The notes under the pieces were generated by a model that was not told where the DNA came from, did not search any database, and saw only the letters and a list, made by a program, of their open reading frames with translations. The translations under genes and the position numbers were made by a program. Below are positions 59,935 to 64,000 of a DNA stretch of 64,000 nucleotides, piece after piece (the first letter of the stretch is position 1; the number at the start of each line of letters is the position of its first letter). Origin of the DNA: Lichenihabitans sp. Its GTDB lineage: Bacteria; Pseudomonadota; Alphaproteobacteria; Rhizobiales; Beijerinckiaceae. Location: NCBI GenBank assembly GCA_965214365.1, contig CBDCBM010000004.1:1926881-1990880 (forward strand). Reading direction: 5' to 3'.

Positions 59935-60344
59935 GGCGATGGCGCGGGCTTGGAGGTTGTGTAGCTGCGCAGCGTATAGCCGACATTTCGGCCCGGCCCC
60001 TCGGTCCGGATCAGTTCGAAGCCCGGCTCGATTTCAGGTCGATTGATCAGGAAGGACATCCGGATCGATTCGAAGCCCTTTTTGGAATCGAAGGCCAACA
60101 CCTTGATGTATTTGTTCGGATTCGCGCGGCGGCAGGCGTTGACCTCCATCATCACGCCGGCGGGATCGCGTAGGTCGAACATGGGGATGCCCCACATCGA
60201 CCAGTAGGTATTCCGGGGATGCGGATCGTCCGTATATTCCACCGCGACCGCCCAGCCGCTTTCGAGCGCATAGTCGATCTGCTTCTTGATTTCGGCATCG
60301 TTGAGGTCCGGCAGGAATGAGAACTGCCCTTGGGTGACGCGCAT
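59931..60344 (-). CDS. cbbS: RuBisCO small subunit, red type
   Basis: [27 protein letters not shown], and the C-terminal betaE-betaF hairpin extension ([23 protein letters not shown]) that is characteristic of form IC/ID. Confidence 0.97.
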   Translation of the reverse strand: MRVTQGQFSFLPDLNDAEIKKQIDYALESGWAVAVEYTDDPHPRNTYWSMWGIPMFDLRDPAGVMMEVNACRRANPNKYIKVLAFDSKKGFESIRMSFLINRPEIEPGFELIRTEGPGRNVGYTLRSYTTSKPAPSP

Positions 60345-60399
60345 GGTTCAAGCTCCAGGATGAGGAAACCCTTCTCCCGCCCGGCGGGAGAAGGACAGA

Positions 60400-61979
<1,580 letters not shown>

Positions 61980-62933
61980 ATGCGTCACGTTACGATCCGC
62001 CAATTGGAAATCTTCGGCGAGGCGGCGCGCCTGCTGTCCTTCGCCCGCGTGGCCGAGCGGATGAATCTGTCGCCTGCCGCCGTGTCGTTCCAAATCCGTC
62101 AGATCGAGCAAAGGGCCGGCTGCGCGCTATTCGAGAGGATCGGCAAGAAGGCTCGGCTGACCGAGGCGGGCGTGGCCCTGGAGGTCTACGCGCGGCTTGT
62201 GATGCAGGCGGTGAACGACGCGGACCAGGCGATGCAGGCCATCCGGCAGCACGGTGGCGGACGCGCGACGATCGGGCTCGTGACGACTGCAAAATACGTC
62301 GTCCCCCACATGTTGGCGCGGTTCCAGGCCGGAGAGCCGCATGTCGCCATCAGCCTCAAGGACGGCAATCGCGCCCAGGTGATCGAGATGATCCTTAACG
62401 GCGATGTCGACCTCGCCATCATGGGCCAACCGCCCGAAGGAGCGGACGTCGTGGCGGAGGCCTTTGCCGAACACCCCTCCGTCGTCGTAGCGGCCCCAAG
62501 CCACCGCCTCGTCGGCCGAAGGCTTCGGGCCGCCGATCTCGCGGGCGAGCCTTTCGTGGCGCGCGAAGACGGCTCGGGCACGCGGGCGCTCATGAGCCGC
62601 TTCTTTCCCGCGATGGGGTTCGAGCCCCGGATCGGCATGGTTTCATCGTCGAACGAAACCATCAAGCAAGCCGTCATGGCAGGCATGGGCCTTGCCTTGA
62701 TATCACGCCACACCATCGGGATGGAGCTCGGCCTCGGACGCATCGCGATGCTCGATGTCGAAGGCTTTCCCTTGATGCGATCGTGGTTCGTCGTGCATCG
62801 ACGCGCGATGCCGCAACTGCCGGTTCATGGGCGGCTGCGCGCTTTCCTGATCGCCCATGGGGCGGCCATCATCGAGGAACTCGAAGAGCGTCATGCTCAG
62901 TATGATCGACGCACAGCGCGGGAGATTCCATGA
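61980..62933 (+). CDS. cbbR: LysR-family regulator CbbR
   Basis: MRHVTIRQLEIF...SFARVAERMNLSPAAVSFQIRQIE HTH, AREDGSGTR and SSNETIKQAVMAGMG. Divergent from cbbL. Confidence 0.93.
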   Translation: MRHVTIRQLEIFGEAARLLSFARVAERMNLSPAAVSFQIRQIEQRAGCALFERIGKKARLTEAGVALEVYARLVMQAVNDADQAMQAIRQHGGGRATIGLVTTAKYVVPHMLARFQAGEPHVAISLKDGNRAQVIEMILNGDVDLAIMGQPPEGADVVAEAFAEHPSVVVAAPSHRLVGRRLRAADLAGEPFVAREDGSGTRALMSRFFPAMGFEPRIGMVSSSNETIKQAVMAGMGLALISRHTIGMELGLGRIAMLDVEGFPLMRSWFVVHRRAMPQLPVHGRLRAFLIAHGAAIIEELEERHAQYDRRTAREIP

Positions 62934-63616
62934 AACCATGGGTCCTGATCGGCTCGGCGCCGATCCCCGGCGGGACTGGCGATCTGCGCCTGTTGCGCCG
63001 AGATGCCGAATTCTCGCTGCGCCTCAAAGACAACGAACTCATGAGCAGCCGGGTACGCGGTTCCGAGGAAGCCCTGGCCACGCTCGCCATCTCGGCACTC
63101 GCGGGGCTCGACAAGCCCCGCATCCTTATCGGCGGCTTCGGCATGGGATTTACGGTGCGCGCAGCCCTCGATCTGCTGGGGCCCGAAGCCAAAGTCGTGG
63201 TGGCCGAATTGATCCCCGCCGTGGTGGATTGGGGGCGGGGGCCGCTAGCGCCTTTATCGGGCGACAGCCTCGCCGACCCGCGCGTGAGCGTCGAGATCGG
63301 CGATGTGGCCCGCGTGATCGGGTCGGAGCGTGGCGCCTTCGATGCGATCCTGCTCGATGTCGACAACGGCCCCGGGGGCGTGACCCGCGACGCCAACGAA
63401 GCGCTCTACGGCCTCAAGGGTCTGACGGCGTCCTTCGCAGCTCTTCGCCCTGGCGGTGTGTTGGCGGTCTGGTCCGCCGCGCCCGACGCCGTCTTCACGA
63501 GTCGATTGAGCAAGGCAGGATTCGCCGTCGCCGAACATGCCGTGCGGGCGCATGGCAAACGCGGCCTTCGGCATATGATTTGGATTGCGCGGCGCCCCAA
63601 CCGCTCCGCAGGCTAG
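62930..63616 (+). CDS. Spermidine-synthase-like SAM-dependent methyltransferase-fold protein
   Basis: ELMSSRVRGSEEALA, ILIGGFGMGFT, DAILLDVDNGP and LRPGGVLAVWS. ATGA overlap with the cbbR stop. Confidence 0.85.
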   Translation: MKPWVLIGSAPIPGGTGDLRLLRRDAEFSLRLKDNELMSSRVRGSEEALATLAISALAGLDKPRILIGGFGMGFTVRAALDLLGPEAKVVVAELIPAVVDWGRGPLAPLSGDSLADPRVSVEIGDVARVIGSERGAFDAILLDVDNGPGGVTRDANEALYGLKGLTASFAALRPGGVLAVWSAAPDAVFTSRLSKAGFAVAEHAVRAHGKRGLRHMIWIARRPNRSAG

Positions 63617-63702
63617 GCATGATGCCGAAAAGCCGGCACGGATTTTCGGATGACATCATGCTCTATGTCATTGAAATCGATCCATCCAAAGACATCGTGA
63701 TC
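63617..63702. repeat. Palindromic intergenic repeat, copy 3 (left arm of the second palindrome missing)
   Basis: gcatgatgccgaaaagccggcacggattttcggatgacatcatgc followed by ...aatcga-tccatccaaagacatcgtgatc, which is only the right arm of the 45808-45852 palindrome. Confidence 0.85.
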
Positions 63703-63796
63703 TGAGCCGCCGCGTCTTCTTGAGGGTGACACAGCCCGCTACCACCACGCCACCGCCTGGCAGTCATACTCTGTGACAAATCACGGGGAGAAACGC

Positions 63797-64000
63797 ATGG
63801 CGGGCGCGAGCCTTCGACTATCGGTGCTGGCCGCGAGCGGCATCCTCGCCGCAGCGACGGGTGCGCAGGCGCAAATGGCCCTGCCGGCCACGAAGCCGCC
63901 TTCGGGGGCCGACCTGTTCACGCGTCAATGTTCGACCTGCCACACCACCAAGGCCGGCGACCCCCAGCGACAGGGGCCGACACTGACCGGCATCGTGGGG
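63797..64000 (+). CDS. c-type cytochrome (class I, c2-like), 3'-truncated, not in the ORF track
   Basis: Shine-Dalgarno ggggag precedes ATG 63797. Translation MAGASLRLSVLAASGILAAATGAQAQ...GADLFTRQCSTCHTTKAGDPQRQGPTLTGIVG gives a signal peptide, CxxCH and the GPxL motif. Confidence 0.9.
   Translation, partial: MAGASLRLSVLAASGILAAATGAQAQMALPATKPPSGADLFTRQCSTCHTTKAGDPQRQGPTLTGIVG

Noticed and set aside
63774-63786. tgtga-caaa-tcac upstream of the cytochrome c gene as a CRP/FNR box
   Set aside because: The spacer is 4 nt rather than the 6 nt of a CRP box, and the half-sites do not match FNR/FixK TTGAT-N4-ATCAA.

Overview
High-GC alphaproteobacterial chromosomal window; the gene content suggests Hyphomicrobiales (inference). 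Positions 1-20 kb hold a type Vb two-partner secretion locus: a giant, 5'-truncated (>5,790 aa) filamentous adhesin with a mosaic of internal repeats, followed by a TpsB (ShlB/FhaC/HecB) transporter and a SapC-family gene. An IS630 remnant closes this block. The remainder is mostly metabolic and housekeeping: pgi, an ABC-F (Uup-like) ATPase, chrA, a Cys-rich autotransporter-like protein, a single-domain response regulator, a PA0069-like radical SAM enzyme, soxBDAG-type oxidase genes, apt, a GNAT, a MaoC pair, a coupled HDAC-family deacetylase and agmatine deiminase, a DMT transporter and MBL hydrolase, an outer-membrane beta-barrel, kdsD, hpnA, a GH15 glucoamylase, a nucleotide-sugar dehydrogenase, a diguanylate cyclase, HAD, DUF72, and a red-type Calvin-cycle cluster in the order cbbR / cbbL-S-X-F-P. 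Several elements are absent from the ORF track: a 25-aa membrane micropeptide gene with its own EcfG-type promoter, Shine-Dalgarno site and intrinsic terminator; a dispersed family of palindromic intergenic repeats; and a 3'-truncated cytochrome c. No rRNA, tRNA or CRISPR array was recognised. All family calls come from motif recognition by eye, not database searches. Many start codons were moved from the ORF-track positions.
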